64,000 bases of DNA from Isurus oxyrinchus (taxonomy: Eukaryota): NCBI GenBank assembly GCA_026770705.1, contig JANJGN010000036.1:744001-808000 (forward strand), written 5' to 3'. A program made the position numbers and the translations under genes. Position 1 is the stretch's first letter; every line of letters begins with the position of its first letter. Below the pieces are notes generated by a model, which saw nothing but the letters and a program-made list of their open reading frames with translations, was not told the DNA's origin and ran no database searches. This document shows positions 36,746 to 49,877 of this stretch, one piece after another.

Positions 36746-39339
36746 TTTGAACTAAGTCATAATTCAATGCCGGTCATACACCTATGGCACAGGATTTATC
36801 AGTTTAAATGTGTGATAGCACTTAACACTTTGATGTTCTGAAAGTCAATTTGCAGGGGCGATGTTGTGTTTGATTAATAGTGATTTCTGGGAAAGATCAA
36901 TTTCCTGCTCTATATCGAAGGTAAGAAAGGAAGAAAATTGAGAAAGTGTATAACAGCAATGATCCATTCTTCCCTGATACAGATTACCTTTCAAAGTTAA
37001 TATTTATTACTTTTTTGCTATTTAATCTGAGGATATGGACATCACTGGCAAGACAAGCATTTGATTCCCATTGTAAATTGTCTCTAAGAAGATGGTGGTG
37101 AACCCCATCATTGAACCAATGCGCTCAGTGGCGAAATGCTCCACAAATCCATTAGATAAGGAGTTCCAGAATTTTGACCCAGCGATGAAGGTGGAAATAT
37201 GTCCATGTCTGGCTGTTGTGCAACTTGCAGATCATGGTGCTCCCTTTTGTCCCTGTCCTTTGGGGTGGTACAGGTTGCACATTGTAATGTGCTGTCGAAG
37301 GGGCCTCGGCGAGTTGCTATAGTGCGACTTGTAAATGGTACACACTGCAGTCACTGTGCATCGGTCGTGAAGTGGGAGAGTATATGAGGTTTTGTATGGG
37401 GTGTTGCTCAAGCAGACGGGCCCTGGGACAGCCTAGGTATCAAATCCACATCTTCAAGAAAGATTCAAATGAGCAACAGAGACATAATTGACCATGAGAA
37501 AACAGACATAAATTTCCTGTCTGATGGGTGTTTAATTAAATGGAGCTTATTTTGCACTTTCTCTGATTGTTTCAATTATCCCCTTGCTCCTGCAGAGAAC
37601 TGATCGAAACACTTGAATTGTTCAATATCTACACCCCGCCCTCCCACCCCACCGTTAACTGGGTACCGTATGAATGGGGGAAATAGGGAATTTACCCTCC
37701 CGTCTAGGCTGAGTTAACTGACCTTAGTGGAGATCAGAGAATCTAAGTAGTTTGGAATGGTGTTGCAGTACCTCAGTGCGCCTTATTCTGTTTTGAAAGC
37801 GATTGAACTATTTTGCACTTGATCACGAAGTGCAACAGCCACGTTATGTGCCTTATCATATCGTACAATAGAACGTATTTTTGGAAAATTAAGATATTAC
37901 AGAGTCTGCAACCGTTTGCTGTCCTATGGTACGGTATTGGGCGTTTATCTCAGTGTGAATCCTGGGAAGAGCAAGTGATGCAGAGTCCTGCTTCATAGAT
38001 GAAGCCCGGGATCAATCTCGAGAAGGGCCACTGCCTCTCTTTCCACAGTTGCTTCACAAAGGTACATTGCAGCATTTAATCTCCCCCCTTCTCCATTTTA
38101 TCACGGATCGATTGTTTACCTTCATTCCCTCCCCTCGCCGTTCTTTGTGAGAAACTTGTAAATTGTATACACCTTTCGACCAGAAGAATTAAATCAGTGA
38201 GATTCGTAGAAAGACAAGGAATTCGTCAGGCCTTTAGAAGACACAGACTTGTCTTGCAAATGTCAACTCTATTTGCAAATGTGATGAGCAACATACTGTA
38301 TTGGAAGAAAGTAACTTGGTTTACATCTTATAGAATGTCAGGTATTAAGGGTCGTGTAATGCACGGTAATAAATATTCAAGAATGAAGTGTCTCTTAAGG
38401 AAAAAGGAAGACTTCTGTGAAACTCCATCGCTCCCTTGCAAAGACCCATGTCTCCCGCCTGAACACGTTTTCAAAATCATTCGAAGTTTTGCACATGCGT
38501 TTGCAAGAGTTTATTTATCGGTTTTGAGTTCAGTGAAACATTTCTCATTTCTTTATTTCCTCCTTGGAAAAATACATCATGTTTAGTCCAGTTAAAATGA
38601 GTTGCGAGCAGAAAGCTGGCTGTTTGGCCGTAAACTGGCTGCTGCAGTTTGGAAATTGCAGCGCAAATGCGGTGGATTCTTTGGCGACTCCTGTCTCCTC
38701 CACAATTCATCAGAGAGACTCCATCCGGATTCTTTTTTGGTCTCCTTTTCAATGCAGCAAAGTCCAGGCAGGCAACGGCTGGGAAATTTATTAAACATGA
38801 ACATTAACAGTAAGTAAAAGACATGTCAGATAATCCCTCCAAAATTTATCAAAGTCTTTCCAGGTTTTTCTGTGCATTCTGTTAAACAATTCTCAGCTCT
38901 GCCTCCACGCTGAACTCGTGGCTGCGTTGATGTTCCCATAATTTTACATTGATATAATCTTCCCTCTTGGTGAATCCCTGATGATTACCCCTCTGCCTGT
39001 GCAGCAGCTCCAGTTCGCCAGCAGAGGGCGGGACCGTATCACTTTAATTAAAATATAGAGAAACATGTTTGAGGAGAAGAGAACTTGGCCCATTTTAATT
39101 CTTTCAGTAATGCAGAGAGAAAACATGACCCATTGTAACCACCCCTGCCGCTTCTGACAACATTTTAGGATTTTCACACCCAATGCTAAATCATAAGACC
39201 ATAAGACATAGGAGCAGAAATTAGGCCATCGAGTCTGTTCCAGAATTGTTATTTTCTTTTGTCGCTGGAATTATTTTTCTTTTTAGGTATTTAACTGAAT
39301 TCCTTTTGAAAGTTGATATTGTCAGCGGAAGGTGCGTCA

Positions 39340-39530
39340 AGGGCACACACCGACACGAGCACACATAGAGAGCGAAACACACACACACACACACACAAAC
39401 AAACATACAAGGGCACACGCACAAAGACACACGCACATACATAGCGGCACACATAGACACACACCGAGACACACACGGGGACACATACACACAAATTAAC
39501 ACACACAGAGTGACACACACACACAAGTAA
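39340..39530. repeat. Degenerate (CA)n microsatellite next to an assembly gap
   Basis: Directly visible. Confidence 0.9.
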
Positions 39531-42500
39531 CNNNNNNNNNNNNNNNNNNNNNNNNNNNNNNNNNNNNNNNNNNNNNNNNNNNNNNNNNNNNNNNNNNNNN
39601 NNNNNNNNNNNNNNNNNNNNNNNNNNNNNNNNNNNNNNNNNNNNNNNNNNNNNNNNNNNNNNNNNNNACATATTCGCTTGCACACAGGGAAACTGTGTGT
39701 TTAGGTTCTCAATCCCTCCTCCCCAGCTAATGGGAATTGTTTCTCCAATCCACATTGTTTTGGGTAATAAAACGTTTGTGGCACAGAAAGCGGCCACTCG
39801 TCCCTGTCCCACTTCACAGTATTTGATTCATAGTCGTGCAGGTTCTAGCACTAGAGATATCGAAACACATTTTAAATGAGTTGAGGCACTTCCTCAGGCA
39901 GTGAGCTCCAGACCACCACAACCCTCTGGGTGAATAACAAATTCTCATCTCCCATGATTCTGAGCACCTCAATCAAATCTCTCAACCTTCTCTTCTCCAA
40001 GGAGAACATTGCGTGCTTCTTCAACCTATCAATGGAACTAAAATCCCTGGAAAAACTCTTTCAATCTTCTCTGGCACCTCCCTGATGCCTTCACATTTTT
40101 CTAAGATGTGGTGCCCTGAATTGCACACAGTTGACGCTGAACCAGTGTTTCCTAAAGGATCATTGTAACTTCCTTGCTTTCATACTCTTCACTACTATTT
40201 ATAAAGTCCAGGAACTCGTATGTCTTTAATAACGTTTTGACTCTATACCTAAAGATGTATATCATAACAACTAATTAACATCAGTCAAACAATTTGAGTA
40301 AAACCGATGTAAGACTGATGAAATCTCCCTGTAAGTGTTAAAGTTTGAGCTGGACCAATAATGACCTAAAAGGAGAGGCCTGACCTATATTTGATTCGAG
40401 TCACACCCTCACTGTGAATGTCCTCAGAGCAACTTAGTGATGGGCACTAATAAATCACTTTTCATCTGTTTAGGGTATCCCAAAGCACTTTACAGGCAAT
40501 GCCTGCAGTATAGTCGTTGCTGATTAGACAATGGAGAAGCAAATTTCAGAGACAGATACGGAGACAGAGACCTACATATAAAGGTTGAGATTATGCTGTA
40601 CATGTTTCAGAGTTGACAGTGAGATACACAGACTGCACAGCCGCAGATGTAAGTGAATATTTCCCATTTACCTGTGGTGTAATGGATATGTACAGGAGCT
40701 GACAGAGAATATTTTATATTACATGGCACCTTTAACCGCAATAAAACGTGACAGGGGTTTTCACCAGAGCCTTATGGAGCAAAATGTGAGACCAAGAGAT
40801 TAGACTCAGTTATTAGATTCGTCAAAGCGATCAGTTTTAGGGAGCTTCTTCAATGAGGCAAGAGATAGAGGTAATGAGTCAGTGATTTTGAGACAATTAA
40901 TTTCGCAGTTCAGGCTTTTGCAGCTCAGGGCAGCGCCATCAATGATCACAGAGTCACAGAATCATTTCAAAGCAGCAGTAAGCCATTGGGCCCATCGGGA
41001 GAGACCATTTTGCCTGGTCCCACTCTCATGCCTTATCTCAGTAACCCTGCACTTTCTTTATTTTCTGGTAAGGGATTATCAACTTGGCGATCCTCAAGAA
41101 GACAGAATCAAAGGGACACTTATATCGGGGGATTGTGGAACTGGAAAAGATCACAGGTTGGGGAAAGTCCTTAGGGGAACCCAATTAAAAACTTCTATCA
41201 TCCGTCGTGTTTCGAAGTATTTCTTATTTTCACTCATAAACGTTTGGGACAAATGTTAGATTTTAATCTTTCCTGCTAGCCCTCGATGCCCCCAGCGGTG
41301 GAAATAATGTGTCTCTATCCACCCTATCGGTTTCCAGTATGATCTTGAAAACTTGAAATCAAACCACAACGGATTCTAAATTCATGGAATAAAGTGTGAA
41401 TTAATTAATTGCGAGTAAAACACTCGGGAGGACTTCAAATAGTCCTGAGCCTCTGTAAAGTCATTTTCTGTAATTCTCAAATAATTTGTTCTGGCAGGGC
41501 GATATGAGTTTTAGGTTTAAATGAAATATTCAGTGGTTATTTAAATTCATTTTACTGAGGATCCGAGAGCAGTTGGGAGCTGGGTGTGACGTTCTCATTC
41601 TCTCTCTCTCTCTGTCTCTCTCTCTATCTATCTATCTATGTCCCTCGAGCTCTCACTCTATTTCTCTCTGTTAATTACAGACAGGGAAATACAGCAATAT
41701 GATATTATTAAATGGATAAATAACAAATTTCAATGGAGATTACACCCAGGTAAAATGCAGAGAGAGGGAGAAGTGACACCGTGAGAGGTACTGCAGCACA
41801 AAACAAGGGGTGAATGTGAAAAATGTTTCCCTGCGTTGAATTTTCATCAATCCTAACCCAAAATGCATTGATCCCAACGTGACCCCATTCTCTGAGAGAT
41901 CGTGGTGTGTGTACATGGCCTGCGCCCTGTTCCGTTCACTACAAGAGTGACCTCACTTTGGAAATAGCATATTTGAGAGAAAGAAGGGGCGGGGAGTGGG
42001 GGGGAAGGGCGGCAAAGGGAGAGATAAACAGAGGCAAGGAGAGCAAAACACTTTAGGAGGCGTGTTGGAGGCTGGGATGGTAGGGGACATTGAAACAACT
42101 TTAATTTGATTGCCTGCTCACGAGGGCCTGGAATTAATTTCTAAAAGTGAAGTTGTGTAAACACTTGTTCCAATTCCTGAATAGCATCCGTGTTACAGAC
42201 AGAGCGACGAATTGGTCATTGAAAAGTAAGGTGCTTTGAGAAGGTTCAGTAATGTGAAATCAGTTCATAATGTTTTCTGAAAAACCTCATCAAAAGTCTT
42301 CCAAAGGGAAGAGCCTCTTCTTCCCAGTTGGAAAGCAAGAGGTTCGTCTTATCTAGGGTGACTGGTGTTGGGGGGAGGGGAAGGGGGGATTACCTGTATG
42401 GTATCAAATTGCTGCAGTGGGATCTTGCTGTGCACAAGATTCCCACATCTTACCTAGAGTAAAACCGTGCTGACACTGCCCAAATTCACGTTACTGGGAA

Positions 42501-45399
42501 TGCAATTGTGGATTCTCAGTGTAAAACATGGCTACAGTGTTATGTATCATCAGTTAAAATGATGAGACAGAAACTTCACATAATGCATTTCAATCAAAAT
42601 TCATCCCGAGTTGGCGAAAAAGAATGTAGACATGGGTAGATTTATCGAGAGTAGGAGAAAGGGAAAGATGAGTAGAGATGTAGCGCTAGACAGGCACAGA
42701 GAGCGGGGGAGAGAAACAACAAGATAGGAGACTGTGCTCGATGTGCAAGATTCAATTTCTAACATTGAATATACAACAGCACCATTCCTGGTTTGAGCGG
42801 GTAGAGTGGAGTGGAGGAGGGGTGTGGGTGTAATGAGTGGGGAGGGAGAGGGGGGGAATCCTCATTGTTTGTCCCTTTCACTATGAGGCAGAAAATACAT
42901 CTGGAGGTGGCAGGTTAAACAAAGAGAGAGAGAGAGGTACAGACTCTGGGAATGTAGGTGGCAATGGGTCTGGGGTTAGGTTCCAGTGTTTATTCATTGT
43001 CAAGTTTCTGGAGTAAGCCCCCCACCTCCTCCTCACCCCTTCCAAGATGTATTAGGTATTTAAAAAAAGATAAATAAATGCTGGGAGATTCATGAGGCAT
43101 TGGTACCTCCGTTGCATTAGAAACCTGTTCCCATTATTTGCTTCCAATATCAGGGTTTGCGATTTATAACGGTGTCTCCTGAGATTGTGTATGTCACTGA
43201 GTGAGAGGAGTCGTGGGATCTTGCTCTACATTTTCATTTCTATAGTATTTGCTTTGTTTTGATCAAATTCTACTTTCTCTCTCCCCGAGCCGAATTTATT
43301 TGGAAGTTGCAGTTTTTGGTGAGGAAAAGAGCAAATACATTTGTGACCAGGAATCCCCGGGCAGGAGCTGTAGCAGGAGGAGGGGGTAATAATAAACGAA
43401 TATATTTCGTTATCATTCATTTCCCTACACAGATAAAAGTCTTATCTTGAAGGCAGTTTGTGGGATGTTTACAATAATGGGCAAGATCTGCGGGGTGGGT
43501 GTGAATTCAGAGGTAAGAATTTTGAAACTCACTGCTGCAGAGGGAGCCTAAAGTAACTCCATAGATTTCAATCCCTCCATCTCTTTCTGCAACTCTGCAT
43601 CTCTCTTCACTTTCATAGCTGTTTCCTCACATCTTCAAATTTCTCCCTCTCTCCACATCCTTCTCTCTCTCTCTCTCCCTCTCAAAATGTATACAAATCT
43701 CTTCTAAAACTGTTTGCATATTTATGCTCTCTCTCTTTCTGAAACTTTTTCGCTTTAATCCAGCCACTGATAACCATTCCCACCCCACCCCCTACTCCAC
43801 GAACACTATTTCTCAGTCTATTTACCTCTCCACGTATCACTTCATTCCGCTGCATTTAAAAACAAACATTCACTGGATATGGGCGTCACCAGCTCATCTA
43901 GTAGTCTCAATCTGGTTATTCCACCCAATATTTCTCACTCCTCCTCCTTATCCTCAATGTCTGCATCACTCCCCTGCCCTTTGCGAACACATACACAGGG
44001 ACATTGGATTTTAGAACTTTACACTTTTACGAGCGAAATTTTGAAACATTTCTAAACACAAAAGATTCTATAGGTTTGGAAGAGGCTTCCCCAAATGTTG
44101 CCTCCCGATCAGTCCCAAGTTGTTAAGGGAACAATGGACAAAGTTGTCCAAGTTTTAAGCCGAACTGATGGGGTATTCATTTGGAAGTGTCTTCCCTAGG
44201 CAGCAATTGATGCTGAGTCACTGGCTGATTTTTAAATCTAAGGTTGACCTTATATTCACGTGACTGTCACCAAATCAATACTAAAATGTACAGATATTTC
44301 ACAGCTGGACTCACACAACACAGACAGCAATGTATGTTATATTTTGGAAATGCTGCAAATGTTGTTAAACATCACTGCCCTTTCTGTAACAACCATTTTG
44401 AAATGTCTATAATGTTTCTTTTATTCTATTGAAGCACCTCAGAGTGCTACATGATTTAAGCATAAAACTGAATATCATTGCACTTCCTGAAATGTTTTGT
44501 AATCTTCTCTCAAATATCTTATGAATAAAGAACAATTTTGCAGAAAAGTGTCTGTGTTTGTGTTTTTGAGGTTCAATGTATTTATTCATGATTTAAGACA
44601 ATATGATAGAATACTTGCTGAAATAACAAAAAGCTACAAACAGTGGACGTCGAAAGAGAGTTGAAAGTCCATACTTTTGAGCGAAGGACAGCTTTACTCA
44701 GATGATACCAGAAAGGGGTAAATTACAAAGTGGGATTACACAAGGTCGAAATGTATTCCCTGGAATTTAGAAGGATCAGGGGTGATTTCATCCTGCACTT
44801 CAACACGTTTGGGTCGGAAAAGTTTGGAACTGTCTTCTGCAAGTGATGATTGATGCTTAGATAATTGTTAATTTTTAAATATAACATTGAACTAAATTTA
44901 TTCTGTCACTCTCTGTCCCCTGCTGCGTGTGTATGTTTCACTCCCCCACTCTCTGAACCTCTGTAAATCTTTTCCTACATCACTCAGACATTTTGTGTTT
45001 GTTGGTGGTGGCCACTTTATCCACAAAACTCTGTATATTCACAGCAAATCTGAAAGATTCGAGCACAGGTTTAGAACTGTAAACGTGTGTGTGTAATTCT
45101 GAGAGCATCCAGAAGAGGGTAGATTGGTAAAGGTGTGTGTGTGTGCTTCTGACATTATCCAGCAGGGGTTTGGAACAGTGAAGGTGGGTGGGGTAAACCA
45201 GAGCTGCATTGCAGGTTGATATATCTCTGCATTTTAAATTTATACCTGGGGAAATTTGTAGCAGTGCCTCCTCTGTTGAGCCCGGTCCTTGTTAAGCTGA
45301 TTAATAATAAAAATGATATGTTAACCTATACCTTCCTCCAGCTTCAGGCGAGAATCCAATGTCTCAATTGTTGCTGCAGCAATGGCAGCTCTTTTTCCC

Positions 45400-45720
45400 A
45401 GAACACCGCGCTGCTAGGAATGTCCCCTATCAGTGACACGGGCCGCGCAGCACTCTGGGAGGGAGAGCCTAGCGCACATGCACCCACACCAATTGCTTTT
45501 TATTTACTATTATTAATAATAATAATCAACAACCCGCCGGCTCAGAATCCCTGTTTCAGGCTCATCCTGAAGAGACCCTTCTTCCTTTTCGGTTTATTAA
45601 AATAAACGGGAAGGAGCCGGTGGTGACGTCACGCCAACATGGCGGCCGCTGCCCCGACCTCCCCCACGTGTTGTTGGACAAAGAGCAGAGGCTGGGCCGG
45701 GGGTTGGGCAAGAGGTGACC
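45400..45720. promoter_or_regulatory. CpG-rich housekeeping-type promoter fragment (CRE + YY1 motif)
   Basis: TGACGTCA at 45624-45631 followed by CCAACATGGCGGC at 45634-45646. Confidence 0.5.
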
Positions 45721-46224
45721 ATGGCATGAGCAGCGGGTGGAGCAGGAGGTCCTAAGCAGAGTGAGAGCGGCCTCTAGTGGACTGGAGGGGAAGCAGCAGC
45801 AGAAACTGACTCCCTTCCCAAAGTTCCCTCGTTGAGTTGTTTGAGGCTCTGGGAACCTCTTCAAATATGAACTTCAGCTTCTAACTCCACCACCAGCACG
45901 AACCATTCCCTCTGCAGAGCAACTTCACCCTCCATTCCCACCCTCTATTCCACCTTGTTTACAGAAACTGTGTTCCCAGATACTTGATACCCGGAGATAC
46001 TTACAGCAAAACTAGTCCCGCTTCTCATTTAATAATTGGTTTGGGGTCAGACATTAGTCACATCATCAATTACAATCCCAACCTGGGCTATGGGGGTATA
46101 TTTGTATTGTCTCATATCACAATAAAGAACGTAGAGAGTTTCAACTCTACTTGTGTTATTCTTCTAATAAATTACGTGTGTTGACTAGAGTGAGATTAAC
46201 ATTAACCCTCCCAACTCTCTATTT

Positions 46225-46615
46225 GCCTGTGTCTGTGTGTGTGCCTGTTTTCGTATCTGTGTCTGTATGTGTAAGGGTGTGTTTGTGTGAATGTGTGTAT
46301 GAGTCTGTGTGTTTGTTTGTATGTGTTTGTATGTGTAAGAATATGTGTATCTATGAATGTAATTCTGTGTGCCAGTGTGTGTCTGTGCTTGTGTGTGTGA
46401 GTGCGTGCTTGTGTGAGTGTATGTATGAATGTGTGTGTGGTAATGAATGAGTGTGCCAGTCTGTGTCTGTGTGTCTGTTTGTGTATCTGAATGTGGGTGA
46501 GTGTGTCTATGTATGCGACTGGAAGTGTGCGTGTGAGTGCGTGTCTATGTCCAATTTTCAGTGTGTGTGTGTATGTCTGAGAGAGAGATAGAGAGAGAGA
46601 TTGTGTGTGTGTGAT
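46225..46615. repeat. Degenerate (GT)n microsatellite
   Basis: Directly visible. Confidence 0.9.
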
Positions 46616-49600
46616 TATGACAGTACTCTGCCGAATGATATTGCTGCAGGTCACGTCTGTGCCAACTCTTCACTTGAAACTTGAAAGATCATGGAGTATA
46701 ATAGCATCTACCATTGGAATCAGTGTTGGGTTTGAACTGGATGAGACACAGTGTTAAATATAGAGAGGGTGTTCGGGCTCAACTTTTCAAATAGCTCAGT
46801 TACTCACTTTTCATTGTGGCATCACTTGTCTCGTTATTCTGAAAGGAGAATCTGTAATTAGCAATTTAAAACTGCGAGAAGCGAATCACATTGGGCAACA
46901 AATTTTGAAAATGTCCCTGATAAATATTGATCCTGACTGACCTGGCGATTTTATGTGTCCAAATGAAAATGAGAATCAGGAGTACAACTGGGATCGCCGC
47001 CACCATTCTGAGAACATTAAGGATCGTAATGCACCAGCCTACAGAGGCAAAAAAATTAGAAACTGCTGCTCGGTCAAATCATTATTTTCTGGTATTCTGT
47101 CATGGAAAGTGTGACCCGGTTAAAAGTCGGTGCCTGAAATAGCCAGTGCGACAGATCGCGGCGGGTGGACGCACAGAATGAAATAAATGAAGCAATGTTT
47201 TCGAATTGAGATGAATTGGCGGACAGCACCTTCAGGGTTGGTCCATAATTATAATGTTTCAGTACGGAAATATCATATCAATGTCCACCTGGAAACTCAA
47301 TTGTAAAATCATAGAACGAAGCAACACAGAAGGAGCCAGTTCGGCCCATCGTATCTGTACCAGCCCTTTGTGTAAAAATAAATCAACACATTTTTCCCTT
47401 TGCTTTTTTGTCAGTGAAAATAGTTTCTCCTTTTTCACTCTATCAAAACCCTTCATGATTTTGAACATCTGTGCACAAATTTCCCGTTAACCTTCTCTGC
47501 TCTAAGGAGAAAATTCCCAGCTTCCCCAGTCTCTCCACATTAACCGGCCCATTCTGGTAAATGTACACTGCACCCTCCCCGAGGCCGTGTCATCTTTCCT
47601 TAAGCATGGTGTCCAGAATTGGACACAATACTCCAGTTGGGGCCAGACTAGGCTTTATAGTTTGCAAGTTTCCCTCCTATTTGATTCCTCCATTAATGAA
47701 GCCGAGGTTTTCTAATTTCAGTTAAGGGTTGATTCATTCTAGAGATGACAGCCTCACTGGCAAAGCAAGCATTTATTAACAACCCCCGAACTGCTTCTTG
47801 AGCAGATGATGGTGAGCCACCTTCTTAAACTGCTGCAGTCCACGTGGTGTAGGTACATCCACAGCACAGTTAGGAACGGAGTTGCAGTATTTTGACCCAG
47901 TGACAATGAAGGTTGTGTAGCCCTTGCCAAGACAACGTGGCACGTGGCTTGGAGGGTACTTGGAAGTTGTAATGTTCCTATGTATCTGCTGCCTGGTACA
48001 TGAAGGTTGTAGAGGTCGAATGTTTGGAAGCTGAACGCCTGGAAATCAGAAAGTAGTGTTATTGTACTCCATATAATTTATCCTGTGAAGAGGTTGTATG
48101 AGATTCTTTATACAATCTGGTTAACACAGAGCCTGGGAAATATTGAATGAAATATCTTTGGATTGAATTGAATGTGAATTACTGGTATCTTGTTTTCTAT
48201 AACAGAAATTACGCAGAGACCTACAGTTGAATTCTAGTGAACAAAAACGACCATTCACTGCACTTCTTGCGAATCGAAGTGAATGAATCTCTTTCAAATT
48301 TAGTTCCACTTCTTTAACGTCCCATGCACCGTCCCCCTTTCTGTTATGTGTCATTGACTATGTGATTAACTGACTGATACTATGATATAAAACTCCACTG
48401 GAGATTAACCTGAATCCAATATCCTGAGTTCTTGGTAGAATTCTATTTCTGACTGATTTGATTGACCGCGTGAAGGGAGTTTCAAACAATAATACATGTT
48501 TCCCTTTGTATTTAGGCTCAGTGCATTTACAGCAGTTCAGTGGAATATTCATTGCACAGTTGTGACTTTGAACTACCTGTTAAGCTTCTTTCATTTTACA
48601 GTTTACAGAGTTACATAGAATTTACAGCACATAAACAAGCCATTCGACCCAACTGCTCGTGCTCGTCTTCATCCTCCTCAAGAACTTCCTCCACCCCTTC
48701 TTGATCTCATCCGAAAAACTTATCCTTTTATTCCATTCTCCATCAAATGTTTGTCCAACGCCCCAATTAAATGGATCCCTGCAATAGCTTCAACCATTCC
48801 CTGTGGAAGCAGGTTCCACATTCTCACCATTGCCTCGGGAAAAAAGTTTCTCCTCAATTCCCGACTAGACTTATCCCCTATTAATGGCCCCTGTTGACAC
48901 GGGAACATAGGAGCAGGATTTGGCCATTTGGCCATTCCAGCCTGGTCCATTGTTCATTAGAATCATGGCTAATCTGTTTGTGGTCTCGTCTCCACTTCTC
49001 TGTCTGCTGCCTTGGCTCCCTTCCCTACCAACAATTTGCCTAACACGGGGCTTTGAACAAAATCAAAGGCCCAGCCGCGACTCTCTTCTGGGGAAGAGAA
49101 TTCCACACACCAACGACCCTTTGGGCGAAAAATAATGTTCTCATCTCTGCGTTTGTAATGGAGACCTCTATCTTTGATCCATGTCCATCGCTTCGTCGAC
49201 AACAGGAAACATTCTTCGGGTACCTGAACTATTAAAGCCCTTCAGGAACTTATATGCTTCATTAAGATCAACTTTCATTCTTCTAATCCCCAATGGGAAT
49301 TACTGAACTCTCCGGAATTCCCGACTGGATCATTGATGACCAATATTTTGAAATCCTGCAGAATTAGACCCATCTTCCATACAGCTGCCTGAATAAACAT
49401 TTTCATAATTTTAAAAACATCAGTCAAGTCACCCCTCAGTATTCCCCCTTGGTAGACTAAAGAGCTCCAGCCAGTTCATTCTTTCCTGATAGTTATTATC
49501 TCTCAGTTCTGATATTATCCTTATGAAATATTAACTGTACCTTTTCCAATGCCTCCACATTCTTTTTGGAACATGCAGAGCTGTGTTCTGTGCTCCATCT

Positions 49601-49682
49601 CTGGTTTAACTAATGTGAGTTTCTAGCTGGTGTATTTTGTAAAACTGATGATGAGCGTGTGACAGCATTTAGAACAGCAATA

Positions 49683-49697
49683 AACAGGAAACCACAG
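49683..49697 (+). promoter_or_regulatory. Putative ETS + RUNX element upstream of B3
   Basis: CAGGAA directly adjoining ACCACA (RUNX core). Confidence 0.45.
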
Positions 49698-49877
49698 AAA
49701 ACTTTCCAACTCGGCACCATTTTCCAACCCCAAACGTGTATCTATGAGTAAACACAAAGCACCATTCAATTTGCATATTGCAGCCCCACCGCCCCCCCCC
49801 CCCCCCCACCACTTCACACCGAGAGAACGAGAACGAGTTCTCAATGAGATTCGGATCACCGTTTGAAATCACAGACA

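Larger units (their letters stand above)
38477..47038 (-). pseudogene. A3: 5'-deleted family-A copy retaining TM exon (with Arg), 31-nt exon and a Tyr-less terminal exon
   Basis: TM exon 47038-46942 encodes GWCITILNVLRMVAAIPVVLLILIFIWTHK (homologous to 29007-28906). The 31-nt exon is at 46838-46808. The terminal exon from 38778 reads VACLDFAALKRRPK versus A2 YASLDMTALDKRSK. No leader, V or C exon lies between 47040 and the B3 promoter. Confidence 0.75.
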
